Source of the DNA: Leptospira sp.
GTDB taxonomy: Bacteria > Spirochaetota > Leptospiria > Leptospirales > Leptospiraceae
Direction of reading: 5' to 3'
Assembly (NCBI GenBank): GCA_034439575.1
Contig: JAWXAQ010000016.1
Span: 160,001 to 224,000 of the forward strand
DNA: 64,000 bases
The notes beneath the pieces are model-generated. The model had not been told where the DNA came from. It searched no databases and worked only from the letters and a program-made list of their open reading frames with translations. Shown piece after piece: positions 18,307 through 28,590 of this stretch (positions within the stretch are counted from its first letter, which is position 1; each line of letters begins with the position of its first letter). Position numbers and translations under genes: made by a program.

Positions 18307-18612
18307 ATGAATCTATTACATCGCATGTCCATCTTTTTCTTAGTTTGCCTTTGCACATTCAACCTTCAGGCTCGAGAAGTACCGAGCGGTGGGGAAATGC
18401 TCCTCGACGTCATCCTCGCAAGACCCGTTGGACTTGCGGGCACTGCTCTTGGAACAGCTGCTTGGCTTGTAGCCACTCCCTTTACATTGCTTTCTGGAAC
18501 ATGGAAACAATCTGCAAGAAGGCTTGTTCTTTATCCTGCTAAATTCACATTCATTCGTGGACTCGGCGATTTCCCTGGATATATGGAAGACTACGAAACG
18601 GTCGAGGATTAG
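18307..18612 (+). CDS. Small exported/membrane hypothetical protein
   Basis: Signal peptide; D.ILARPVG...ATPFT...P.KFTF.RGLG pattern of a small conserved family. Start uncertain (18295, 18307 or 18325). Confidence 0.6.
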   Translation: MNLLHRMSIFFLVCLCTFNLQAREVPSGGEMLLDVILARPVGLAGTALGTAAWLVATPFTLLSGTWKQSARRLVLYPAKFTFIRGLGDFPGYMEDYETVED

Positions 18613-18613
18613 A

Positions 18614-20446
18614 TTGGAAGAAATATTATTTTCAGAATTTCCAGAAATCACAAACGAAGACTGGAAAAACACCATCGTAAAAGATTTAAAAGGAACACCT
18701 TACGAAAAGGTTCAGTGGAAAACGGAAGATGGTTTAACTATAGAGCCGTTTTATCGAAAATCAGATCTTACATTCAAACTTCCGAATATAAAGAAACAAG
18801 ATAGAGGTTGGAACATCACTGAGTCCATCTTCGAAAACGCTTCACTCACCCTAGCGAATGAAAAGGCAAAGACTGCTCTTAGTGCAGGCGTCAACTCCCT
18901 ACTCTTTGTATCCCATGCAGAAGGTGGAAAATCTTTTGGTGTTCCGATCAATTCGCCCATGGACATACCAAAGTTATTGAATGGTATTGATCTCAAAACT
19001 ACATCCATTTTTTTATCAATAGCAAACCGCACACCCGATTTTGCGAAAGAGATACGTTCTCTCGCTCAAGGTTCAAAACAAATTTTTCTCGACTATGACC
19101 CACTTGGAACTGCTTTGTTATGTGGTGAGCATGGTGCCACGGAAGATAAAGTAAAATCAAATTTAGGCTCACTTAGTTCCACTGGGAACGAACGATTTAT
19201 ATGCGTTCATTCTTATTATTTACGTGATGCTGGTGCCAGCGTATCACAAGAATTATCCTATTCTCTTGCATGGGGATTAGAATATTTGAATGCACTTGTG
19301 GATTCGGGAGTATCCCCTTCCCTTGCGGCAAAATCAATTTGGTTTTGGATGGGAATTGGTACAGATTATTTTACGGAAATCGCAAAGATCAGAGCCTTCC
19401 GTCTAACATGGAGTCAGATTTTAGATACTTTTGAAAAAGGACTAGGCGATATCTCACCTGCCATCATTCATGCATCTACGTCTGATTGGAACTATACAGC
19501 TTACGATCCTTATGTAAACATATTAAGAGGCACAACGGAAGCAATGTCTGCAGTGCTCGGTGGGGCAGACTTTGTGAATGTTAGTCCATTTGACAAAGTG
19601 TATGCGAACGCAAATGAATTTGGTGTACGAATTGCACGCAATTCCCAACTCCTTCTAAAACATGAAGCCTATTTAGATAAGGTAGAAGACCCATCATCTG
19701 GCTCTTACTATCTTGAAAATCTCAGTTATAAACTGGGTGAAATTGCCTGGAAAGGATTTCAAGATATAGAAAAGTTAGGTGGATTTCAAAATGCTTTAGA
19801 AACAGGCGTGATCCAGTCGGCGATTGAAATTTCAGCCAAAGAAAAAAGAGAGGCCATTGCCTCAAAAAAACAAACCTTACTTGGCACTAACCAATACCCT
19901 CTCACAACAGAAAGGCATGCTGATTTAAGTGAAAAAATTGCCGAAACTAAAAAACTATTAGAATTTCCAAACAATGGGAAATTCAAACGCATTTTACCCT
20001 TGCGCCTATCATATGATTTTGATAGATTAAGAGTACTTACCGACAAACACATAGAAAGTGGAAAGCCAATACCGAAAGTATTTTTACTGACCATTGGTGA
20101 CTTAAATATGCGTAAGGCACGGGCAGGATTTTCTTCAAATTTTATTGGGTGTTTAGGTTATGAAATTTTGGACAATCCTGGCTTTAATTCAATAACAGAT
20201 GGAATCTCTGCGGCCAAAAATGCAAAGGCCGATATTGTTGTGTTATGCTCCTCGGACGAAGAATATACTAAATTCCTACCCGAATTTGCAGACCAAATCA
20301 AAAAAGATCTCCCAAAAGTTTGGCCAATTATTGCCGGTTATCCGAAAGAACTCATTGGCTTAGCCGAAGAAAAAGGTATCAGTGATTTTATCCATTTAAA
20401 ACGAAACCTGATAGAGTTTATGGAAAAAGCACAGGCAAGGTTATAA
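18614..20446 (+). CDS. mutA: Methylmalonyl-CoA mutase small (beta) subunit
   Basis: DPYVNILRGTTEA, RIARNSQL, DPSSGSYY motifs; lacks the DxHxxG B12 motif; TTG start 18614 with GAGG RBS. Confidence 0.9.
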   Translation: MEEILFSEFPEITNEDWKNTIVKDLKGTPYEKVQWKTEDGLTIEPFYRKSDLTFKLPNIKKQDRGWNITESIFENASLTLANEKAKTALSAGVNSLLFVSHAEGGKSFGVPINSPMDIPKLLNGIDLKTTSIFLSIANRTPDFAKEIRSLAQGSKQIFLDYDPLGTALLCGEHGATEDKVKSNLGSLSSTGNERFICVHSYYLRDAGASVSQELSYSLAWGLEYLNALVDSGVSPSLAAKSIWFWMGIGTDYFTEIAKIRAFRLTWSQILDTFEKGLGDISPAIIHASTSDWNYTAYDPYVNILRGTTEAMSAVLGGADFVNVSPFDKVYANANEFGVRIARNSQLLLKHEAYLDKVEDPSSGSYYLENLSYKLGEIAWKGFQDIEKLGGFQNALETGVIQSAIEISAKEKREAIASKKQTLLGTNQYPLTTERHADLSEKIAETKKLLEFPNNGKFKRILPLRLSYDFDRLRVLTDKHIESGKPIPKVFLLTIGDLNMRKARAGFSSNFIGCLGYEILDNPGFNSITDGISAAKNAKADIVVLCSSDEEYTKFLPEFADQIKKDLPKVWPIIAGYPKELIGLAEEKGISDFIHLKRNLIEFMEKAQARL

Positions 20447-20455
20447 GGAAATTAT

Positions 20456-22591
20456 ATGCGTCCTGATTTTACTAAGATTTCATTTCAAATACCCGAATCT
20501 TCACCAAACAAAAAATCTACGTCTCTTTGGCAAACACCAGAAGGCATTCCGATCCAATCCAGATATGAAAATGAAGATTTAAAAGGCCTAGAACATTTAG
20601 GTTACGCGGCAGGCATAACACCCTATCTACGTGGGCCCTATTCAACTATGTATGTTAATAAACCTTGGACAGTCCGCCAGTACGCGGGGTTTTCCACAGC
20701 CGAAGAATCCAATGCTTTTTATAGAAGAAACTTAGCCGCGGGCCAAAAAGGCTTATCTGTAGCTTTTGATCTCGCAACTCACAGAGGTTATGATTCTGAC
20801 CACGAACGAGTTGTAGGTGATGTCGGGAAAGCAGGAGTTGCTATAGACTCAGTACTCGACATGAAGATATTGTTTGATCAGATCCCTCTCGATCAAATGT
20901 CTGTATCTATGACTATGAACGGTGCTGTGATTCCCGTCATGGCATTTTATATAGTCGCCGCAGAAGAACAAGGAGTCACAAAAGATAAGTTAGCTGGCAC
21001 AATACAAAACGATATCCTAAAAGAATTTATGGTGAGAAATACATATATTTACCCACCAAAACATTCCATGAAAATTATAGCGGATATCTTCGGTTATACG
21101 TCCAAGTATATGCCAAAGTTTAACTCGATCTCTATTTCTGGATACCATATGCAAGAAGCTGGTGCCACAGCAGATCTTGAGCTTGCTTATACTTTAGCTG
21201 ATGGATGGGAATATTTAAAAACAGGTATCGCATCTGGTTTGAACGTAGATGAATTTGCACCAAGGCTTTCCTTCTTTTGGGCCATTGGTATGAACCATTT
21301 TATGGAAATTGCAAAAATGCGTGCTGGCCGACTGCTTTGGGCAAAAATTGTAAACCAATTCAAACCAAAAAATTTAAAGTCCATGGCTCTTCGTACGCAT
21401 TGCCAAACTTCAGGCTGGTCACTCACTGAACAAGATCCATTTAACAACGTCGGGCGAACTTGTGTTGAAGCAATGGCTGCTGCACTCGGACATACGCAAT
21501 CTTTGCACACAAATGCATTGGATGAAGCTATAGCTCTACCTACTGATTTTTCTGCCCGCATAGCACGTAACACACAGATATATTTGCAAGAAGAAACAAA
21601 TATTCACAGAGTCATCGATCCTTGGGGTGGCTCACATTACGTTGAAAAACTCACTCATGATTTGGTTCATAAGGCATGGACACTCATCCAAGAAGTACAA
21701 AAGTTAGGTGGAATGGCAGAAGCGATTGAAACTGGTATTCCTAAAATGCGTATCGAAGAAGCTGCTGCACGCAAACAAGCAAGAATTGATTCTGGAAAAG
21801 ACATTATTGTCGGTGTGAATAAATATCGTCTAACAAAAGAAGCACCGATTGACATCCTTGACATTGATAACACTGCCGTTCGTGAATCTCAAATTCGCAG
21901 ACTCAACAAAATGAAAGCAGAACGTGACAATTCTGCTGTGGAAGCCGCTTTAAATGCGATTACAAAATGTGCGGAAACAGGAAATGGAAACTTACTTGAG
22001 TTAGCCGTCGATGCCGCTAGAAAAAGAGCTTCTCTTGGTGAAATTTCATTTGCTATGGAAAAAGTTTTTGGAAGGTACAAAGCTGTGATAAGATCTATTT
22101 CCGGCGTTTATTCATCTGAAATATCCGAAGATAAAGGATTTATAGAAGCTCGAGGACTTGCTGATGAATTTTCAAAACTGGAAGGTCGTAGGCCGAGAAT
22201 CATGGTCGCAAAAATGGGCCAAGATGGTCATGATCGTGGTGCGAAAGTCATATCAACAAGTTTTGCGGATATGGGCTTTGACGTGGATATCGGGCCACTG
22301 TTTCAGACACCAGCCGAAGTCGCCAAACAAGTTGTAGAAAATGATGCTCATATTTTAGGAGTTTCATCTCTGGCCGCAGGACACAAAACACTTGTTCCTC
22401 AAGTAATTGAAGAATTAAAAAAATTGGGTGCGGAGGACGTTCTCGTGGTTGTTGGTGGTGTGATTCCAGCACAAGATTATGACTTTTTATATAAATCTGG
22501 TGCCACAGCAATTTTTGGACCTGGAACCGTTATATCAGAAGCCGCCAAACAAATCTTAACGATTATGTTAAATGAACGGAGAGTCGCTTAA
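20456..22591 (+). CDS. scpA: Methylmalonyl-CoA mutase large subunit
   Basis: [20 protein letters not shown] and B12-binding MGQDGHDRG motifs. Confidence 0.97.
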   Translation: MRPDFTKISFQIPESSPNKKSTSLWQTPEGIPIQSRYENEDLKGLEHLGYAAGITPYLRGPYSTMYVNKPWTVRQYAGFSTAEESNAFYRRNLAAGQKGLSVAFDLATHRGYDSDHERVVGDVGKAGVAIDSVLDMKILFDQIPLDQMSVSMTMNGAVIPVMAFYIVAAEEQGVTKDKLAGTIQNDILKEFMVRNTYIYPPKHSMKIIADIFGYTSKYMPKFNSISISGYHMQEAGATADLELAYTLADGWEYLKTGIASGLNVDEFAPRLSFFWAIGMNHFMEIAKMRAGRLLWAKIVNQFKPKNLKSMALRTHCQTSGWSLTEQDPFNNVGRTCVEAMAAALGHTQSLHTNALDEAIALPTDFSARIARNTQIYLQEETNIHRVIDPWGGSHYVEKLTHDLVHKAWTLIQEVQKLGGMAEAIETGIPKMRIEEAAARKQARIDSGKDIIVGVNKYRLTKEAPIDILDIDNTAVRESQIRRLNKMKAERDNSAVEAALNAITKCAETGNGNLLELAVDAARKRASLGEISFAMEKVFGRYKAVIRSISGVYSSEISEDKGFIEARGLADEFSKLEGRRPRIMVAKMGQDGHDRGAKVISTSFADMGFDVDIGPLFQTPAEVAKQVVENDAHILGVSSLAAGHKTLVPQVIEELKKLGAEDVLVVVGGVIPAQDYDFLYKSGATAIFGPGTVISEAAKQILTIMLNERRVA

Positions 22592-23681
22592 TCAAAAAGA
22601 TTCATCAGAGGAGCTGTCCCCTTCACCGAGCGCCATGAGCGTGATGCCAGGTGTAGAGGCGGCTCCCTCAATTAGCCCTTACGTCACCAAACAAAGGGAA
22701 AGCCATAAAAAAACAAAAATGTCGATTTCCGAATTGGCAAATGGCATTTTAGAAGGGAATCGAACTCTTCTTTCCAAGGCCATCACTCTCGTCGAAAGTA
22801 ACCGCGACGATCATAACGATACAGCACAAAGTATATTAGAAGAAGTACTTCCCCATTCAGGAAAAAGTATTCGTATCGGTATCACAGGTGTTCCTGGTGT
22901 CGGCAAATCAACGTTTATCGAAAGTTTTGGCACGTATCTTATTAAAAAAGGGCATAAGGTTGCAGTCCTTGCCATTGATCCCAGTTCCCAAAGAACCAAA
23001 GGAAGTATTTTAGGTGATAAAACTAGAATGGAAGCCCTTTCGAAATCGGAGTCTGCTTTTATTCGTCCTTCACCTAGCAGTGGTTCCCTTGGAGGAGTAG
23101 CTAGAAAAACAAGAGAATCAGTTTATCTTTGTGAGGCGGCTGGCTTTGATGTAATTATTATAGAAACTGTTGGTGTTGGGCAATCGGAAACACAAGTGCA
23201 TTCCATGGTAGATTTCTTTTTGTTACTGATGCTTGCCGGAGCTGGCGATGAGCTGCAAGGCATCAAACGTGGGATCATGGAGATGGCAGACTTGATTGCG
23301 ATCAATAAGGCTGATGGCAAAAACGAACCGTTTGCGACTAGAGCTAGGGCTGAATACGAATCCGCCTTACATTTGTTCCCTCCTCCTGATTCAAAATGGA
23401 CTGCTCGCGCAATAACTTGCAGTAGCATTGATGGCAAGGGCATTGAAGAAATTTGGAATTTAATACAAGACTACCAAAAGACTACAACCGAAAATCAATA
23501 CTTTGAATCTAACCGAAAAGACCAAATGAAAATGTGGTTTGAAGAAACATTAAAAGAAGCCGTCTTAGATCAGTTTTATGATAAGTTAGGCATTAGAGAG
23601 AAAATAGCCAAAGCAGAAGACAATGTCTTTTTAGGAAAATCTTCAGTGACCAAAGAAATAAAACAAATATTAAAATCGTAA
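22572..23681 (+). CDS. meaB: Methylmalonyl-CoA mutase-associated GTPase
   Basis: [27 protein letters not shown] and NKAD motifs. Confidence 0.95.
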   Translation: MNGESLNQKDSSEELSPSPSAMSVMPGVEAAPSISPYVTKQRESHKKTKMSISELANGILEGNRTLLSKAITLVESNRDDHNDTAQSILEEVLPHSGKSIRIGITGVPGVGKSTFIESFGTYLIKKGHKVAVLAIDPSSQRTKGSILGDKTRMEALSKSESAFIRPSPSSGSLGGVARKTRESVYLCEAAGFDVIIIETVGVGQSETQVHSMVDFFLLLMLAGAGDELQGIKRGIMEMADLIAINKADGKNEPFATRARAEYESALHLFPPPDSKWTARAITCSSIDGKGIEEIWNLIQDYQKTTTENQYFESNRKDQMKMWFEETLKEAVLDQFYDKLGIREKIAKAEDNVFLGKSSVTKEIKQILKS

Positions 23682-23733
23682 AAATAGTATCCCAATAAAC
23701 CTCAATATAGCAATGAAATTTTTGTTTTAAGTT

Positions 23734-24921
23734 ATGAAAGAAAAAATTACTAAACTCGGATTATTTTCCATCACACAAACCTTCTTTCAAGTGGGAAGTA
23801 TTATGATCATGGCAGTTAGTGCATTAGCTGGCCAAACTCTTTCTTCTGATCCAAAAAGCGCGGCTCTTCCGCTATCGCTTGTTATCTTTGGAACATTGGT
23901 TGGCTTATTTCCTGCATCTTATTTGATGCGTGTTTTTGGAAGGAAACGAGGATTACTCACGGGTACGAGCATTGGTATTTTGGGGTCAATTGTCATATCA
24001 TTTGGTTTATATCATCACAACTTTATTATATTTACACTTGGTCATCTTTTATACGGCTTTCACCAATCATTTTTGCAATACTTAAGATTTACAGCCATGG
24101 AAAGTGTTCCACATAAGGATAGAGCGAGTGCTCTGTCTTGGATTCTTATCGCAGGGATTCCTGCGGCTTTCATCGGCCCCCTAACAGGATTGTATGGCAA
24201 GACACTTTTCCCAAATTTTTTATTTTTAGGATGCTTTGTACTTCTAACGGCTGTATTGTGTATTCAATTTTTACTTATCACACAATTTCCGCAAATTAAA
24301 AAAACCACAGAAGAAGAAATTAAACAAAGTTTAGACGAACATACTTCAAGACCATTTAATTATCATATAAAAAATCTGGGATTGTGGACTTCTATCGTAT
24401 CAACTGCTTTTGGATTTGGCCTTATGGTTATGTTAATGTCAGCGGTTCCTGTTGCTATGAAATCCCATGGCCACCATATGTCCGCATCTACTTTGGTAAT
24501 CCAATGGCATGTTTTAGGAATGTACATTCCTTCTTTTTTTTCAGGTACTCTAGTTAGGCGACTTGGCTCGCCAAAATTAATTTTTGTCGGTATAATGGTT
24601 ATGGGTATTGAAGTATTCACTGCCTTACAAGGAGTAGATTTTTTACCCTTTGCATTAGCACTTATAATGCTCGGTATCGGATGGAATTTTATGTATGTTG
24701 GTGGAACAAACCTACTCGTAGAACAGTACCATCCATCTGAAAAAAACATGATACAAGCAGTAAATGATACGATTATCTATAGCGTAGCTACAATAGCAAC
24801 GTACAGTTCGGCATATTTAGAAACAAAAATAGGATGGTTCGGTTTGAACTTATCGAGTATTCCATTCCTTGTGATAGTTAGTTTATTTATCTTATTTTAT
24901 CTAAAAAAAGAAAAAATCTAA
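23734..24921 (+). CDS. MFS transporter
   Basis: About 12 TM helices; GRKRG loop; IQWHVLGMY.PSFF and GWNF motifs. Confidence 0.88.
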   Translation: MKEKITKLGLFSITQTFFQVGSIMIMAVSALAGQTLSSDPKSAALPLSLVIFGTLVGLFPASYLMRVFGRKRGLLTGTSIGILGSIVISFGLYHHNFIIFTLGHLLYGFHQSFLQYLRFTAMESVPHKDRASALSWILIAGIPAAFIGPLTGLYGKTLFPNFLFLGCFVLLTAVLCIQFLLITQFPQIKKTTEEEIKQSLDEHTSRPFNYHIKNLGLWTSIVSTAFGFGLMVMLMSAVPVAMKSHGHHMSASTLVIQWHVLGMYIPSFFSGTLVRRLGSPKLIFVGIMVMGIEVFTALQGVDFLPFALALIMLGIGWNFMYVGGTNLLVEQYHPSEKNMIQAVNDTIIYSVATIATYSSAYLETKIGWFGLNLSSIPFLVIVSLFILFYLKKEKI

Positions 24922-24967
24922 TTTAGTACATTGAAATGATTTAAATTAGATTTTTCTAATTGACCAA

Positions 24968-25330
24968 TCAGTCGATGGCGTGTTTACTCATATGTTGCAT
25001 GAGAAGAGCTTTGTCATTTTCGAAAATCTGATTGAATTCAAGACCGACTTCATAGTATTCCCCATCATTAAATTCTTCTAAACGCACAACCTTTGCCTTT
25101 GGGTACAAAACATATCTAACATCTGGAAAACGAATTTCAAGTTCCAGTCTCGTGCCAAGTGGGATAGGATCTCGCGTCGTAAAGAGCAAACCCCCAGCAG
25201 AAATATCTTGCGAATCCCCTTCACCATGATCTTTGGGAGAGAAATTTTGACCCTGACCTACTTGTATGACTCGGTAGGTCAGATGAATTTTTTCCTTTAT
25301 GCGTTTGTAAATTCGCTTCTCGTAAGACAT
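24968..25330 (-). CDS. Single-domain PilZ protein (c-di-GMP receptor)
   Basis: EKRIYKR (RxxxR) and DISAGG (DxSxxG). Likely start ATG 25330. Confidence 0.85.
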   Translation of the reverse strand: MSYEKRIYKRIKEKIHLTYRVIQVGQGQNFSPKDHGEGDSQDISAGGLLFTTRDPIPLGTRLELEIRFPDVRYVLYPKAKVVRLEEFNDGEYYEVGLEFNQIFENDKALLMQHMSKHAID

Positions 25331-25374
25331 GGTTGTAAAGTCACACCGATTTAAAAAGAAATACAAGCCGAATT

Positions 25375-28300
25375 TTATTCATCTAAATCTTTCAATTCCA
25401 ATCCGTAATCTGGTCTGAACTTTGATTCCACCCATTCTCTAAATCGATCTATGTATCCAAAGACTGCCGGCACAACAACGAGCGTTATCACAGTAGATAA
25501 AATCAAACCGCCAATAATTGCAATCCCCATAGCTGTTCTCGATTTTGAGGCTTCACCGATTCCGAGTGCAATGGGTAGAGTACCTGCTATCATAGCGAGT
25601 GAAGTCATAAGAATTGGGCGGAGTCTCTTTACACCCGCATCAAAGATAGCATCATTACGAGACATTCCTTGTACTTTCATCGCTTGGATCGCATGGTCTA
25701 CAAGTAAGATTGAGTTTTTAGCAACAAGGCCCATAAGTAATATAAGGCCGATCATACTAAACAAATTCAACATTTCACCTGTTAGTGCAAGCGCAAAGAA
25801 GGCTCCCGAAATTGCCGGCGGAATGGCAAAGAGTATAGTTATCGGTGTAATGAAAGATTCGTATAACGAAGCAAGTACTAAGTATATAAAAATCAGCGCC
25901 ATTCCAAAGGCTAAGATTATGTTTTGAATCAATTCTTTAAAATCTTCAGATTGTCCAACGAACGCAAAACTAATGCCAGGCGGAGGTGGGATTTTTTCTT
26001 TTAAAATCTTTGCGGCTGAATCTGTAGCTGAGGCAATGGCTCCTCCTGGGGACAAATTCGCATTGATGGGAATCACGCGCGAACGATCTTCTCTAATAAT
26101 TCGTGCTGGTGATGAACTCTCTTTGGCATCGGCTACTGCGGATAGAGGTATCATTCGATTTTGAATGTTTGGCACTTTTGTTTCTGAAAAATATTTACGT
26201 AAATTCCTTTGGTCTTCACGAAGCCTCAACCTAACATCATACTCAATGCCATTTTGTAAAAATTTTGCTACCTCACCACCTTCGATATGGTAACGTAGTT
26301 CCGCACCCATCACACCAGCGACCACTCCGACTGTTTGCATTTTTGATCTATCTGGCACAACTTGGAATTCTGGTTTACCTGTGCGATAACTCGTATCAAT
26401 ATCTGTTAGGTCAGGAATTGATTTTAACTCGCTCATGATTTTTGCAGAATAGGTCTCCAAGTCTTTTAAATTTTCGCCCTTAATATTTAAATTAAATGGG
26501 TATTGAACACCCCCACCCACGGCAGAATAATCATTCACTTTTGGTCTTGCAAAATTAAACTCTTTTAACAATTCGCGAACACTATCTTTGACATCGGCTG
26601 TAGTTCTTTTTCTGTATTCAGATGGCAATAAGGCAACTCCAATGGTTGCAATATTTGACTCGCCATCCGTATTACCGACGACAGTCGCTAAATAATCGAT
26701 TTCTGTTACTTTTGATTTTAAACTATTTTGTACTTTTTCCACTAACTGATACGTTCCAGAGAGAGAAGTACCTGGAGGCATCTCTACGTTAACCATAAAT
26801 TCCCCCTGATCATTGGCAGGAAGAAATGTCTTTTTCACGAATTTTAAAGAAAGAATACTTGAAACAAGTGTTAGTATGGTAAGCAAAATAACAATGGAAG
26901 GTTTCTTTAAGGCGAATCGCATGATATATGCATAACCACGATCTAAAAAACCCTGAAACTTATCAAAATTTCTCAGTACAAAATTTTTCTTTTGGTTATG
27001 TGTTTGTTTACCCGCAAAATAAGCAGATAACATAGGTGCAACGGTGAGTCCATCAAACAAGGAAATGATCATTGCAAAGACAACAGTTAGCCCGAATTGT
27101 TTAAAAAATTGACCCACGATCCCGGAAAGAAAACCAATGGGTAAAAAGACCGCAATCACAGTAAGCGAAGTACCGATCACGGCAAGAGTTACTTCCTCTG
27201 TACCTTTTCTCGCGGCAACCAATACTGATTCGCCTTCTTCTAGTTTCCGGAATATATTTTCCCGCACAACAATGGCATCATCAACAAGTAATCCAACGGC
27301 TAAAGACAGTGCCAGTAATGTCATCACGTTCATGGTAAAACCCATAGCATACATGATGATAAAAGCACCTAACATGGAGTTTGGGAGCGCCATTCCAGTA
27401 ATGATCGTTGATCGAACGTTCCCGAGAAATAAATATACCACTAGAACTGCAAGTAAAATGCCCAAAATGATTGCAAGAGTCACATCTTCAATATTGGCAC
27501 GAATCCAACGAGAACCATCTCTAACTAAAATGACTTTCGGGCTTCCAGCTTGGTCTTTGATCCTTTCATTGATTTGATTGATCTTTGTTATGATACCATC
27601 GGCTACTTCAACAGTATTTGACCCTGACTGTTTGTAAACATCAAGGAATAGTGCCCTCTTCTGTTCCCGCTTTTTATTTGGTGGATCGTATTTAAATAAT
27701 AACTTACCAATGGTGCTTGGTTCTTTGTGCTCTTCTACACTTGTGGGAGCATACAAATAGCCTAATGTTTGTTTGTCTTCCAAAGAATCAACAACTCTAC
27801 CCAAATCTTTAACGAGCACTCCACGACCGAACTCACCTCCAAAGGAAACAACAGTGTTTTCTATTTGCGAGAGAGATTCATATTTGGCAACCGTTCGAAA
27901 GGATGTTTCTGTAGCCCCGGAATCTACCTTACCTGCAGGGATATTGGTTCCCGAATTTTTAATCTGATTCGCAATGGCAAGTGCTGAAATTTGGTATGGA
28001 TTTATTTTATTGCGATCAAGTTCTATATGGATCTCTCGTCTGGCTCCACCGATAATTTTAACAGCACCGACATTGTTAACTTGTTCCAATTTAGTTTTGA
28101 TTTGTTCTTTTGCCAAATCATACAACTCCCCTTCCGGTAAATCGGCAAAAAGAGAAATCCGCATAACAGGCTGATCTGATGGATCAAATCTTTGAACGAG
28201 TGGTTCTTTAGCGGCTGTCGGTAACTTTGGTCTAACACGTGCAGTTCGATCTCTCACTTGTTGTTCCGCATACTTAATGTCAGTCGTGAGAGAAAACTCT

Positions 28301-28578
28301 GCCGATACGATGGAGATACCCTCTTGGTTACGTGAGGTTATCTTTTTAAGACCCGAAATAGAACTGAGTTCTTCTTCTAATAATTTAGAAATGGAAGTTT
28401 CAATTTCTTCAGGACCAGCACCAGGGTAAACAGTAGAAACAACTACGAATGGAATATTGATATCTGGAAATAAATCTACACCAATTCGTTTGAGACTGAT
28501 ATAGCCTGTAAAAACCATAAGAAGTACAAGTGAAGAAATAAAAATAGGACGTTTGATCGAAAAGGCTGCAATACTCAA
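25375..28578 (-). CDS. RND efflux transporter permease, AcrB/HAE1 family
   Basis: GLLVDDAIVVREN, KNSILLV and RLRPILMT motifs; 1067 aa. Confidence 0.95.
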   Translation of the reverse strand: MSIAAFSIKRPIFISSLVLLMVFTGYISLKRIGVDLFPDINIPFVVVSTVYPGAGPEEIETSISKLLEEELSSISGLKKITSRNQEGISIVSAEFSLTTDIKYAEQQVRDRTARVRPKLPTAAKEPLVQRFDPSDQPVMRISLFADLPEGELYDLAKEQIKTKLEQVNNVGAVKIIGGARREIHIELDRNKINPYQISALAIANQIKNSGTNIPAGKVDSGATETSFRTVAKYESLSQIENTVVSFGGEFGRGVLVKDLGRVVDSLEDKQTLGYLYAPTSVEEHKEPSTIGKLLFKYDPPNKKREQKRALFLDVYKQSGSNTVEVADGIITKINQINERIKDQAGSPKVILVRDGSRWIRANIEDVTLAIILGILLAVLVVYLFLGNVRSTIITGMALPNSMLGAFIIMYAMGFTMNVMTLLALSLAVGLLVDDAIVVRENIFRKLEEGESVLVAARKGTEEVTLAVIGTSLTVIAVFLPIGFLSGIVGQFFKQFGLTVVFAMIISLFDGLTVAPMLSAYFAGKQTHNQKKNFVLRNFDKFQGFLDRGYAYIMRFALKKPSIVILLTILTLVSSILSLKFVKKTFLPANDQGEFMVNVEMPPGTSLSGTYQLVEKVQNSLKSKVTEIDYLATVVGNTDGESNIATIGVALLPSEYRKRTTADVKDSVRELLKEFNFARPKVNDYSAVGGGVQYPFNLNIKGENLKDLETYSAKIMSELKSIPDLTDIDTSYRTGKPEFQVVPDRSKMQTVGVVAGVMGAELRYHIEGGEVAKFLQNGIEYDVRLRLREDQRNLRKYFSETKVPNIQNRMIPLSAVADAKESSSPARIIREDRSRVIPINANLSPGGAIASATDSAAKILKEKIPPPPGISFAFVGQSEDFKELIQNIILAFGMALIFIYLVLASLYESFITPITILFAIPPAISGAFFALALTGEMLNLFSMIGLILLMGLVAKNSILLVDHAIQAMKVQGMSRNDAIFDAGVKRLRPILMTSLAMIAGTLPIALGIGEASKSRTAMGIAIIGGLILSTVITLVVVPAVFGYIDRFREWVESKFRPDYGLELKDLDE

Positions 28579-28590
28579 AGGAAGAACCCC

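Noticed and set aside
18524..18613. Apparent overlap of mutA with the upstream small gene
   Set aside because: An artefact of longest-ORF calling. TTG 18614 with a GAGG RBS removes the overlap.
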